Assembly: GCF_006345805.1 (NCBI RefSeq)
Contig: NC_043012.1
Coordinates: 40,672,001-40,736,000 of the forward strand
DNA: 64,000 bases
Direction: 5' to 3'
From: Octopus sinensis
Taxonomy: Eukaryota
The translations under genes and the position numbers were made by a program. Every line of letters starts with the position of its first letter. Positions within the stretch are counted from its first letter, which is position 1. Under the pieces are notes generated by a model. The model saw nothing but the letters and a program-made list of their open reading frames with translations. It was not told where the DNA came from and did no database searches. Positions 53,545 to 64,000 of the stretch are shown here, piece after piece.

Positions 53545-54538
53545 TCCACTTGTGCAAGAGTGAAGATTCTCTTTTCGATGTCCCGATGGGGGCATACGAC
53601 GGGGCTGAGATATGTATGCTCATAGGAGCCTATATTCTACATGATGACGGCCTTATAGCCACCCATAATTTAAACGGCCATGAATCAGATAAACTTAGGA
53701 AGGACCTTATTGCTTTCTTCCAAAGGATGGGCTTATGGGTTACGTTAGATACTAACCTGAAAAGTGTAGATTTTTTAGATGTAAATTTGAATTCAAGGTC
53801 GGATAAATTTAAACCTTACCGTAAGCCTAATGACAAGCTATCGTATATTAGCAAAGAATCAAATCAACCGCCAGTTATTCTTAGGAACTTAGTTAGCAAT
53901 GTAATATACGAATATCGTCAATTTCTTCTGATGAGGCAGCATTCCATAAAGCTGCACCTTCTTAGGAATAGTGGATTCTCTGAGAAGATCCAGTATAACC
54001 AACTTAATGCTAATAGTAATGCTACACGTAGAACTAGGACCAGGAAAGTTTTGTGGTTCAACCCAGCTTTCAATTTGGCCGTAAAAACAAACATAGGTAG
54101 GGAATTCTTGAAATTAGTCCCTAGGCATTTTCAAAAGGATCATAAATTTCATAGAAGAACCCTTAAGATCAGCTATTCTTGTTGCAGGAACCTTGCCTCT
54201 TACGTTAACCAGCACAACAGGAAATTAAATGATAATAAGCATAGTGCCGATCCTCTTAAAAAATGTAATTGCAAAGATGGATCCTCCTGTCCATTGGAAG
54301 GGAAATGTTTGGAAAAAGGAATTGTAAATAGAGCCAAGGTGCAAATAGAAGGCTCACCTGAATATAAGATTTATACAGGGGCTACTAAAAATTCTTTTAA
54401 AACTCGATTTTATTTGCACAAAAATTCCTTTCTATACCCAGAAAATAAGACAAAGACCAACCTGGCGAAATATGTCTGGGAACTAAGAGAAAAAGAAGTC
54501 CGACTTTTCAACGTGTCATGGAACATTCTAGATAGAGC
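53545..54538 (+). mobile_element. Penelope-like retroelement RT to GIY-YIG fragment
   Basis: FDVPMGAYDGAEIC, DDGL, VDFLDV, PYRKPN, VLWFNPAF, CNCKDGSSCPLEGKCL, KIYTGATKNSFKTRFYLHK; runs directly into repeat block 4. Confidence 0.92.
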
Positions 54539-54820
54539 GGCAGGGTTTCTCAACAGAAGTGCAGGGGGAAAATTTTTGTAATGAAAAGTCATTTTTCACC
54601 TCATTTCTGTTAATTTAATATGTTTTTCTTTATGGCAGATTGAAACATAAGGGAGGAGTGCATACACCAGTCGATTTCTCCCAGGAACCACAATATTTAG
54701 TGACCTGTGGAGGGCATATTCACATATTCCAGAGATAGAGGGATACAATTTTCGACAGACCGGTGAACCACAGCGTCAAGTTTGGTAACTCCATAGATAA
54801 CACATACCCAACAAATAGAA
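54539..54820 (+). repeat. Merlin-derived tandem repeat, block 4 (short)
   Basis: ggcagggtttctcaacagaagtgcagg...cccaacaaatagaa. Confidence 0.9.
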
Positions 54821-56032
54821 GGTATAATTTTATACTGAACTCATATGTTTTGTTTATCGCTCGCCTATGACCGTTATTTGAAAGGACCAATCAAACAAAT
54901 CCATTTCTAAAGGTGTGTCACTTATGCTAGTCTTGATCGAATTGTCATCCCGGTTCTATTTTAACAAAACTGTCCGACAAACGGGAATGGGAAACTCCGA
55001 GCAACAGCTTTTGTTAAATTTCTGCTGCTTTTAAATAAAAATATATACACACACACCAGTCATTAGGAGGAATGCTGTTCATGCACTGTTCAGTAAAAAA
55101 GCATAAGCAACGTAATTTGTGTGTTACTGATACGCACATATATTTAAGAGTAGGCGTGTTACAGGAATGGGACCGACCCCGCCGTGTCTGCTCTCGCTCA
55201 GGTTTCCTCTACTGCATCTTCCTTATCACATAAGGATATCTTGGAGGAACTGCAGCATATCAAACCAGGAACAACAATAAACCTGTGGTGACAAATCAAA
55301 CACCAAATGAGACACACACCATGGCATGTAAACCTCACCAGGCATCTGTGAAATAAAAAACAGCCCACTAGGTTTTAAAAAATGTGTATAAAACGAATAT
55401 GAAAAGACAAATTTCCACAAACAAATGGATGGATAAGGAGAGGACTTTCGGAAAATTCACAAGATTCAATTTTTCCCTCATAACTTTCAGGAAAATGGAT
55501 ATATATTGATAAAATGTTATATAGAAATACCATTTAGGTAGCACAAATTATGGTCATACAGAAATCTCTGGCAACTGTCAGTACACGAAATGGAATACAA
55601 TGTTGAAAACATAATCCCAAGGTTTATCCTTTTTAAATTCCAACAGTATGTAACATGAAATTTCTTTGATATTGTAGTGACGCTATTTTTGGAAGTTTTC
55701 AGGACACATGCACAGAGTTGGATTACTTCCGGTAGGCCGCCAGAAGTTCCCTCATACGCAGAGAACTGCAAACTGAAAGTGTCTATCGGTCATTCATTAC
55801 ATCTGGGGTGTGAAAATAATGGACCCACTGCAAAATTTCAAGCATGTGGACATATTGTATGGAATGTTCCAAAATCCAAATTAGACAATACACTTAAATA
55901 TCAAAAACCTGTAACAAGGAAAAGTGGATTTGTTAAGAAGACAACTTGGATATTTTGAGCTGTTAAAAGTTTAATAACATAACAAAAAAAAAAAAAAACT
56001 TTTTTTCTTTTGAGAAAATATTCATACATATA

Positions 56033-57945
56033 ATGGAGCAAAATATAAAAGAATTTGAGACGTCATATTTCGATAGAAATTACACACAAGCTTCTGTGAA
56101 TGTATTGAATTGTCCTCCGTGGACTGGAGACACCGTAATTCGGTTGGCACAACTGGAGGCAAGCTTTAAAGCTAATAAAATTACAAATGAAGAGCAGAAA
56201 TACAATATAATGCTCAGCAATTTACCTCCACCTCTAAGTAATGAAATTAGAGATTTGCTACTAAACCCAATAGAACCAGTTTCTTATTCTTCTTCAATTA
56301 AAGAGGAAATATTGAAACGAACATCAAATTCTAAACAAAAAGAGTTTGCGAAGTTATTCAACAATGAAGAGTTGGGTAATAAAAAACCCACACAACTTCT
56401 GCGAAGAATGAATGAACTTCTGGGAAATCAGCAGATAGAAGAATCTTATCTCAAAGAAGTGTTTTTCTATAAATTGCCATATAAAACTCAAACTTTGCTT
56501 TCGGCCGTTAAAAACCAAAACTCCATTCAACAGTTGGCAGATTTAGCAGACAGTATTCTGGAATTATCGTCCAAAGAAACTGTAAATGCAATTCCATCTA
56601 TTTCGAATGAAATACAGGAATTAAAAGATTGTTACCAAAAACAATTTGAATTATAAACAAAAAAAATAGAGAGTTTGCAACTCGAAAGAAATAGTCGCTC
56701 GGCTCAACAAAAAAATGCAAGATGGCGCAGGAGATCAAGGAGCCCTAGTTTAAAAAGAAACGCCATATGTTGGTACCATGCTAAATTTGGAGACAAATCA
56801 TTCAAATGTATTAAACCCTGTGCATTTGATTTCCTTAATAAAAAAAGGAAAATTCGGAAAACTTCTGAACCACCGATTGGATGCGACGAAATCTGTGGAT
56901 AACATCATAAAAAGTCACGTATTTTTCATCTATGATTTAAACTCAAAAGAAAGGTTTTTAGTTGATACAGGAGCAGCTTGTTCAATTTGGCCAGTAAAGC
57001 TTTTAAAACAAAAAACCAAACCTGTTTATTTGACTCTTCAAGCAGTTATTCTATCTGAAATCCAAACATTTGGAGAGATTAGCTTAACTCTAGATATAAA
57101 CTTAAGAAGAGAGTATAAATGGATCTTCATAGTAGCAGATTTACCATATCCAATATTAGGAGCGGATTTTTTGGCACACTATCATTTAATGGTAGATGTT
57201 AAAAATCAAAAATTGATAGACACAGGAACTTCATTAAAAATTCAAGGAATGAGATGCAGAAAAGCCACACTCAGTCCATTGCATTTCATAGCGTCCTCAG
57301 AAAATAGATATCACAGGATTTTGAAGAATTATCCAAATATCACGAAACAGCTCTAAATACCAAGTGTGTGCATTCGGTACAGCATCACATCGTCACACAA
57401 GGGCCACCAAGTTTTTCTAAGCTGAGAAGATTATCTCCGGAAAAATTGAAGGTAGCTACGGCAGACTTTCGGCATATGATGGATCTAGGTATAATCCGTC
57501 CTTCCAGTAGTAGCTGGTCAACACCATTAGTTATGGTAAAGAAAAATCTTATAGACTGGCGACCTTGTGGAGACTTCAGACAACTTAATGCAAAAACAAA
57601 AGCAGACAAATATCCAACACCACACATTATGGACTTTGCAACTTCTTTGAGTGGTTGTGCTATTTTTTCAAAAATTGATTTAGTCGGAGCATACAATCAA
57701 ATTCCTGTTGCAGAAAATGATATACCGAAGACAGCGATTACCACTGCATTTGGTTTATTTGAATTTCTTCGCATGCCTTTTGGATTGAGGAATGCAGCAA
57801 ACACTTTTCAAAGATTTATGGACAAAGTAACAAGAGATTTACCTTTCGTATTTGCTTATATAGATGATATTCTCATTGCTAGTCCATCAGAAGAAGCACA
57901 CGAAGAACATTTGAAAACAATTTTCGAAAGATTGACAAATTTTGA
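56033..57945 (+). mobile_element. Ty3/Gypsy gag-protease-RT fragment (second family), no LTRs
   Basis: gag PPWTGDTVIRLAQLEASF, ELGNKKPTQLLRRM, CWYHAKFGDKSFKCIKPC; protease FLVDTGA; RT WRPCGDFRQLN, RMPFGLRNA, FAYIDDIL. Confidence 0.95.
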
Positions 57946-58049
57946 AAATTCTTTGATTTCCTGAAACACTTTCTTATCACTATGGCATAGCAACGCACAT
58001 CTACAAGAAAGGATATATCCCGCACTACCAAGGCTAAACAATTTACGCA

Positions 58050-58530
58050 TGGGCATACTCATGGAATTAAACACAGTGACGATGATGGAATTCTTCACCA
58101 TATGGGAGTGAGACATGTTGTCTGAGGGAAAGAGAAATGGCAATTTTGAGAAGAACCAACAGAGCAATGTAATCCTGTAATGTGCAGATGTACCTTTCAT
58201 TGCACAATACAGTATCCGATGGAAAAACGTGCAGGTGCACTGTTTTCAATCGATTTTGTGGCATTAGGCAAGATTCGTTTTTCTCCGGTGCATGCCTATA
58301 GAATGCAAACAGTGGTGTGATGAGTGAAGTTGGAATCGCATCAGAAGCAACTGTTAACTGGTACAATTACATCTGCAATGTTCGTGCCGTGTGGAGCTTT
58401 GGCCACCCTGTGCAACTTGGGAGATATTATAGAAATTGACGAATCCAAGTTCATGCACAGGAAATATCATCACAGTTGTTATCAACGAAGGCCTTGGGTT
58501 CTTTGAATGGTTGAACAGGACAACCTCAGA
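58050..58530 (+). mobile_element. Merlin/IS1595-type transposase N-terminal half including the first catalytic Asp
   Basis: GIRQDSFFSG, EVGIASEATVNWYNYI, IIEIDESKFMHRKYH...PWVL*MVE. Confidence 0.8.
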
Positions 58531-58570
58531 TGGGTTTTCAATTCAAATAGATAAAGAAGAAAAGTTCCTG

Positions 58571-60077
58571 ACTCATATCACCGTCTACTTTCAATCTTGA
58601 GAGTGTATGTGGTGCAGGAGATTGTAATTCGTATAAGAAAACCCCTAGGGCAGGGCTTCTCAACAGAAGTGCAGGGCAAAATTTTTGTAATGAAAAGTCA
58701 TTTTTCTCCTCATTTCTGTTAATTTAACATGTTTTTCTATATGACAGATTGAAACATAAGGGAGGAGTGCATACACCAGTCGATTTCTCCCAGGAACCAC
58801 AATATTTAGTGACCTGTGGAGGGCATATTCACATATTCCAGAGATAGAGGGATACAATTTTCGACAGACCGGTGAACCACAGCGTCAAGTTTGGTAACTC
58901 CATAGATAACACACATACCCAACAAATAGAAAGTACTTGGGTGTGTTTGACACAGGCTAACAAGCAACGGTGGGGTACACACCGTTCTATGATTGACTCG
59001 TATCCTTGCAAATTCATGTGGTGGTGGTGCAGACACGAGAAAACTGACCTTTGGGAGAAATTGCTGGAAAGCACTGGAAACTTCCAAGAAAAGTGCATCA
59101 ATGATTGTTTTTTGACACAAAGAGATAAACCAGTGTGTTTCCTCTGCTCAGAATATAAGGGTCTCACAGATTTTGTAAATGTTTGCACATTTTGGGTAAT
59201 TTTAGCCAATCAATAAGCAGACGTATTGGTGTCTGTCTCCATAGTAACAAGCCATATAGTCTCTTCAAACTAAGACAACCAAATATGAACCATTTCGTTG
59301 CACGTTAGTTGGATTATTCGGTTATTCTGCAAACGTTTCTTTGGATTGCTATTGTTGTGAAAGTAAGCTGCTCTATTTTATGTTGTTGATACGATCTGTT
59401 TGTTGCCTTTTGTAAAGCAAATTGTTATTAATTCCCCCTTGGAGGGGAATTATTATTGTTAAACTGTAATTATGTTTGTGTCTGGCTTTGTGCTGAAACT
59501 GTTTTTCAACATTATGGAGTTGTCACTTAGTGAAGAGAACTCGCCAACTAATGCGTTGATGGATATGCCTGTGTTTGTAACAGGTGAAGAAGGAAAAATC
59601 CAAAAAGTAGCAACCCAGAAATTAAACTTTGCAGAAGCAGCCGAGAAGAAGGAAAGTACAATTGATATTGAAATTGAGAATCTAAGTGCTACATGAACTG
59701 CGTTTTCAAAGTGTGTCACGAGACCAGACATGTTTTTTCTTTATGGCAGATTGAAACATAAGGGAGGAATGCATACACCAGTCGATTTCTCCCAGGAACC
59801 ACAATATTTAGTGACCTGTGGAGGGCATATTCACATATTCCAGAGATAGAGGGATACAATTTTTGACAGACCGGTGAACCACAGCGTCAAGTTTGGTAAC
59901 TCCATTGATAACACACATACCCAACAAATAGAAAGTACTTGGGCGTGTTTGAAACAGGCTAACAACCAACGGTGGGGTACACACCGTTCTATGATTGACT
60001 CGTATCCTTGCAAATTCATGTTACGGTGGTGCAGACACGAGAAAACTGACCTTTGGGAGAAATTGCTGGAAAGCACT
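58571..60077 (+). repeat. Merlin-derived tandem repeat, block 5
   Basis: actcatatc[18 nt]tgagagtgtatgtggtgcagg...gctggaaagcact. Confidence 0.9.
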
Positions 60078-60629
60078 TTGTGACTCGGCTCAACCCATAC
60101 TTTCTCAGATTTTGTCTGCTGTTATCTACACCTACAAAGATTGCAGCTGTTTTTGTTCCTGCTTTTAGCTATCAGAATTATCCTACAACCCCTGGCAGCT
60201 ATAGAAGATTGTTCTTGTCAACCATGCCTGGCTCAGCTACCTACAAATCGAAACTGAGATCTGCGAAAAGGGCTTGTTCTGCTGATCCTATTTTGGAAAA
60301 TTCAGTTAATAAGGCTATCAGTGATATCAAGCTTTCACATGAAGACCCTGAAATCAAGATTTTTCAAGAAGATGGTCTTACTAACAAGCATCTCAACGAG
60401 CAGTTGCCATTGCTTAAACAAGAGTCGAGCACCTTAAGTCTGTTGTTGCTGAATTACAGAATAAACAAACTGAATCCCATTCAAAGTCTCCTACTGACGC
60501 AGAGCCACCCTTGATTTCTTCCCAAAAGACTTCCAAACTGAAGTGATTAAAATCGAAGCGGTCAAAGAAGGCGAAAGAACCAGCGGTCGTTTCCATCTGC
60601 CATTTCGGTCCCAGGGGTTCCCCAAGCTG
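60078..60629 (+). other. Unidentified captured ORF fragment (possibly a LINE 5' end / ORF1)
   Basis: MPGSATYKSKLRSAKRACSADPILENSVNKAISDIK...; no diagnostic motif. Confidence 0.3.
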
Positions 60630-60675
60630 AATTAAACTTTGCAGAAGCAGCCGGCAAGAAGTACAATTAATATTG
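60630..60675 (+). repeat. 46-bp sliver of the scaffold repeat
   Basis: aattaaactttgcagaagcagccggcaagaagtacaattaatattg matches 43524-43574 with a small deletion. Confidence 0.8.
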
Positions 60676-60915
60676 GGACCTTTTCTAACAGATGGACAGA
60701 ATTTTCTAGTTAACTAAATAATTTGAAACTTCATATACTGGTAGAATGTGTCAAAAGAAAACATTAATTTCAACTAGTTTTTTTGAGAAAATTTTATTTT
60801 GTAAGTTTAAACGTAGTTTAAATCTGCGAATTTTAACCAATCGTATTGTCTGTTTTGATCTGAAATCATTAGCTGCATAGTGTTACTGTGACGTAGACAG
60901 CTATTTTGTGACGTA

Positions 60916-62332
60916 CTGCAAACATTTCTTTGGATTGCTATATCTGGGAGTGTATGTGGTGCAGGAGATTGTAATTCGTATAAGAAAATCCTAGGGCAGG
61001 GCTTCTCAACAGAAGTGCAGGGGGAAAATTTTTGTAATGAAAAGTCATTTTTCTCCTCATTTCTGTTAATTTAACATGTTTTTCTTTATGACAGATTGAA
61101 ACATAAGGGAGGAGTGTATACACCAGTCGATTTCTCCCAGGAACCACAATATTTAGTGACCTGTGGAGGGCATATTCACATATTCCAGAGATAGAGGGAT
61201 ACAATTGTCGACAGACCGGTGAACCACAGCGTCAAGTTTGGTAACTCCATAGATAACACACATACCCAACAAATAGAAAGTACTTGGGCGTGTTTGAAAC
61301 AGGCTAACAAGCAACGGTGGGGTACACACCGTTCTATGATTGACTCGTATCCTTGCAAATTCATGTGGCGGTGGTGCAGACACGAGAAAACTGACCTTTC
61401 GGAGAAATTGCTGGAAAGCACTGGAAACTTCCAAGAAAACCAGTGTGTTTCCTCTGCTCAGAATATAAGGGTCTCACAAATTTTGTAAATGTTTGCACAT
61501 ATTGGGTAATTTTAGCCAATCAATAACCAGACGTATTGGTGTCTGTCTCCATAGTAACAAGCCATATAGTCTCTTCAAACTAAGACAACCAAATATGAAC
61601 CATTTCGTTGCACGTTAGTTGGATTATTCGGTTATTCTGCAAACGTTTCTTTGGATTGCTATTGTTGTGAAAGTAAGCTGCTCTATTTTATGTTGTTGAT
61701 ACGATCTGTTTGTTGCCTTTTGTAAAGCAAATTGTTATTAATTCCCCCTGGAGGGGAATTATTATTGTTAAACTGTAATTATGTTTGTGTCTGGCTTTGT
61801 GCTGAAACTGTTTTTCAACATTATGGAGTTGTCACTTAGTGAAGAGAACTCGCCAACTAATGCGTTGATGGATATGTCTGTGTTTGTAACAGGTGAAGAA
61901 GGAAGAATCCAAAAAGTAGCAACCCAGAAATTAAACTTTGCAGAAGCAGCCGAGAAGAAGCAAAGTGCAATTAATATTGAAATTGAGAATCTAAGTGCTA
62001 CATGAACTGCGTTTTCAAAGTGTGTCACGAGACCAGACATGTTTTTTTCTTTATGGCAGATTGAAACATAAGGGAGGAATGCATACACCAGTCGATTTCT
62101 CCCAGGACCCACAATATTTAGTGACCTGTGGAGGGCATATTCACATATTCCAGAGATAGAGGGATACAATTTTGGACAGACCGGTGAACCACAGCGTCAA
62201 GTTTGGTAACTCCATAGATAACACACATACCCAACAAATAGAAAGTACTTGGGTGTGTTTGAAACAGGCTAACAAGCAACTGTGGGGTACACACCGTTCT
62301 ATGATTGACTCGTATCCTTGCAAATTCATGTG
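60916..62332 (+). repeat. Merlin-derived tandem repeat, block 6
   Basis: ctgcaaacatttctttggattgcta...ccttgcaaattcatgtg. Confidence 0.9.
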
Positions 62333-62920
62333 CTAGTACTTCGAGGACAACCTAATACAGGCAAAAGTATGATCGCTCGTAGTATTGCTGACATGTTCAC
62401 ACATGTCAGTACTATTCAGGGAACAAGTAGCTTCCCATTTCAAAATTTAATTAACGTCGAAATCGGATCAATAGAAGAACCGAATTTTAAATTAGAAACT
62501 CTACAAACTCTTAAGAAACTGGCAGAGGATCAGATAATACATCGCACACCACTTAGTATCACATCGAATAATATATTTGATCAAAACGCTCCTCCTGCCG
62601 AAAGATATGCTTTCATAACACGTTATACAGAATACGTTTTTAATGCAGCCGCTCCTTTCTTAAAACACATAAAAAAGAAAATTAATCCATTTGTATGAAA
62701 TATTTTAGGAGTATGACCGACTCAGAAATGAAAAAAGAAGGCGAAACAGACTTCGGTCTCCGTCTCCTTGTGGAGGCGGGGAAACTGATGGAAGCGGAGA
62801 CAGAAAAAAATCCACAACTCCGACGACTCAGACAAAGAAAACGACATCACATGGGAAACACCAAAGTGGCATAAATATAGTAAAGTAATGGAGTCGCAAT
62901 CCGAAGCGCCATCTGCTGAG
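62333..62920 (+). pseudogene. NS1: Second parvovirus-like NS1 fragment (SF3 helicase to C-terminus)
   Basis: LVLRGQPNTGKSMIARSIADMFTHVSTIQGTSSFPFQNLINVEIGSIEEPNF...RTPLSITSNN. Confidence 0.88.
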
Positions 62921-62999
62921 CCGTTAAAAAAAATTTTAATTTTCCCTTGATTATATAAATAGTAATATCGAGGGGAAGTAACAGGAATAAAAGCAAGCA

Positions 63000-64000
63000 T
63001 TCAGGTAGGACTCCACAATGAGAGGTCTTATCGGAATGCTCTCCCCGTGCCTCTTGCAGCATCTAAAAACACTGAGAAGACCGCGGATTCTGCTACCCAT
63101 GAAGTTATTGCCATTGGGCTACCAGAAGACATGGCTGATCTTCAGGCATTTGCTGCCAACTCAGCCAAAGACCTAGGCTGCGTTCCCCCAACGGGTGCTC
63201 TCCGCCTTGGACGACCTGGCCCAAAACCCAGGCTCATCAAGCTGTCTTTTTCAGACCACGCTGAGGCAACCTCATACCATCTGGCCTCAGTTAAAGCTGG
63301 GCGTGAAAATCGAACTACCTTCCGAACACGTCCAGGCTTACCACCCGATGTACGTCCGAAGCTACGTGTAGCGACTTCCCTGAACCGGAACTCAGCTCTG
63401 CAAGAAAGTTTCAGTCTTCGTGAGGATGGACAAACCTGGAGATTTGTTAAGACTGGTGAAACGTGGAAGAGAGATACCAGCTGGTCTGAGTGCTCTCTAC
63501 CCACAATAACTGAAAATGGAAAAAAAACTACAGCAACTCTGGGAAACTAAACCAGAAAAACCTGCCATCCTCTACACACCATCATAAACTGCAAGCAGGG
63601 TACAAATTGTTGTCCTTAAATGCTCGCAGTTTATGCAACAAAATATATCTGTTCAACTCCTACGTCAGAAGTATTGACCCTGACTTCATCACATTCACGG
63701 AAACATGGGCACATTCCTTACTCTGTGATGGGGTTGTCAACATTACTGGCTACAACCTTTTCCGCAAGGATCGCATTAACCGCCGTGGTGGTGGTGTGAT
63801 GGTCTACGTTTGTTCAAATTTTTCGGTAATTCCTTGACCTGATTTGAACGAATCACAAGAAGTTTTTTTCTGTGACATACGTATGACCATGTCAACACTC
63901 CTGCTTGGCATTGTTTATCGTCCCCCAAATTACCATCAAAACACACAGCTTTGCGATATCCTCCGAGCTGCTGCCAGGAAAACAGCCACTTGTTAACTTT
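63000..64000 (+). mobile_element. CR1/L2-type LINE: ORF1 end plus ORF2 APE start (runs off the window)
   Basis: ORF1 VIAIGLPE...LRLGRPGPKPRLIKLSF; ORF2 LSLNARSLCNK, FTETW, GYNLFRKDR..RRGGGVMVYV, LGIVYRPP. Confidence 0.88.

Noticed and set aside
27969-62332. A literal prokaryotic CRISPR array
   Set aside because: Repeats are 0.3-1.8 kb and spacers mostly several kb, there are no cas genes and the context is eukaryotic; the likeness is architectural only
26746-64000. One giant Helitron or Polinton carrying all fragments as cargo
   Set aside because: No intact mobilising gene, Polinton core genes or matching termini seen; both Helitron pieces are themselves truncated cargo. Not fully excluded because the right end lies outside the window

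Overview
Eukaryotic, gene-poor DNA. The SINE families and long (TA/CA/TACA)n tracts look like Octopus (cephalopod); this is inferred from recognition and was not searched. No intact host gene is supported. The window has two very different halves. Positions 1-26.7 kb are ordinary intergenic or intronic DNA: microsatellites, tRNA-derived SINEs in both orientations, Penelope-type tails with hammerhead-like cores, small MITEs and hairpins. Positions 26.7-64 kb are almost free of SINEs. Here six blocks of one near-identical complex tandem repeat, built from the C-terminal half of a Merlin/IS1595-type transposase, alternate with unique cassettes of about 0.8-10 kb. Each cassette is an end-to-end patchwork of mostly terminus-less fragments of unrelated parasites (2 Helitrons, 2 Gypsy, L1/Tx1 and CR1/L2-type LINEs, 2 Penelope, 2 pogo, 2 Merlin, 2 parvovirus-like NS1 elements); a Crypton-like element marks the left edge. 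Fifteen of 16 recognisable coding fragments lie on the + strand. The repeat/cassette layout suggests a uni-strand piRNA-cluster-like archive of transposons and viruses built on a repeat scaffold. That function is inferred, not shown.
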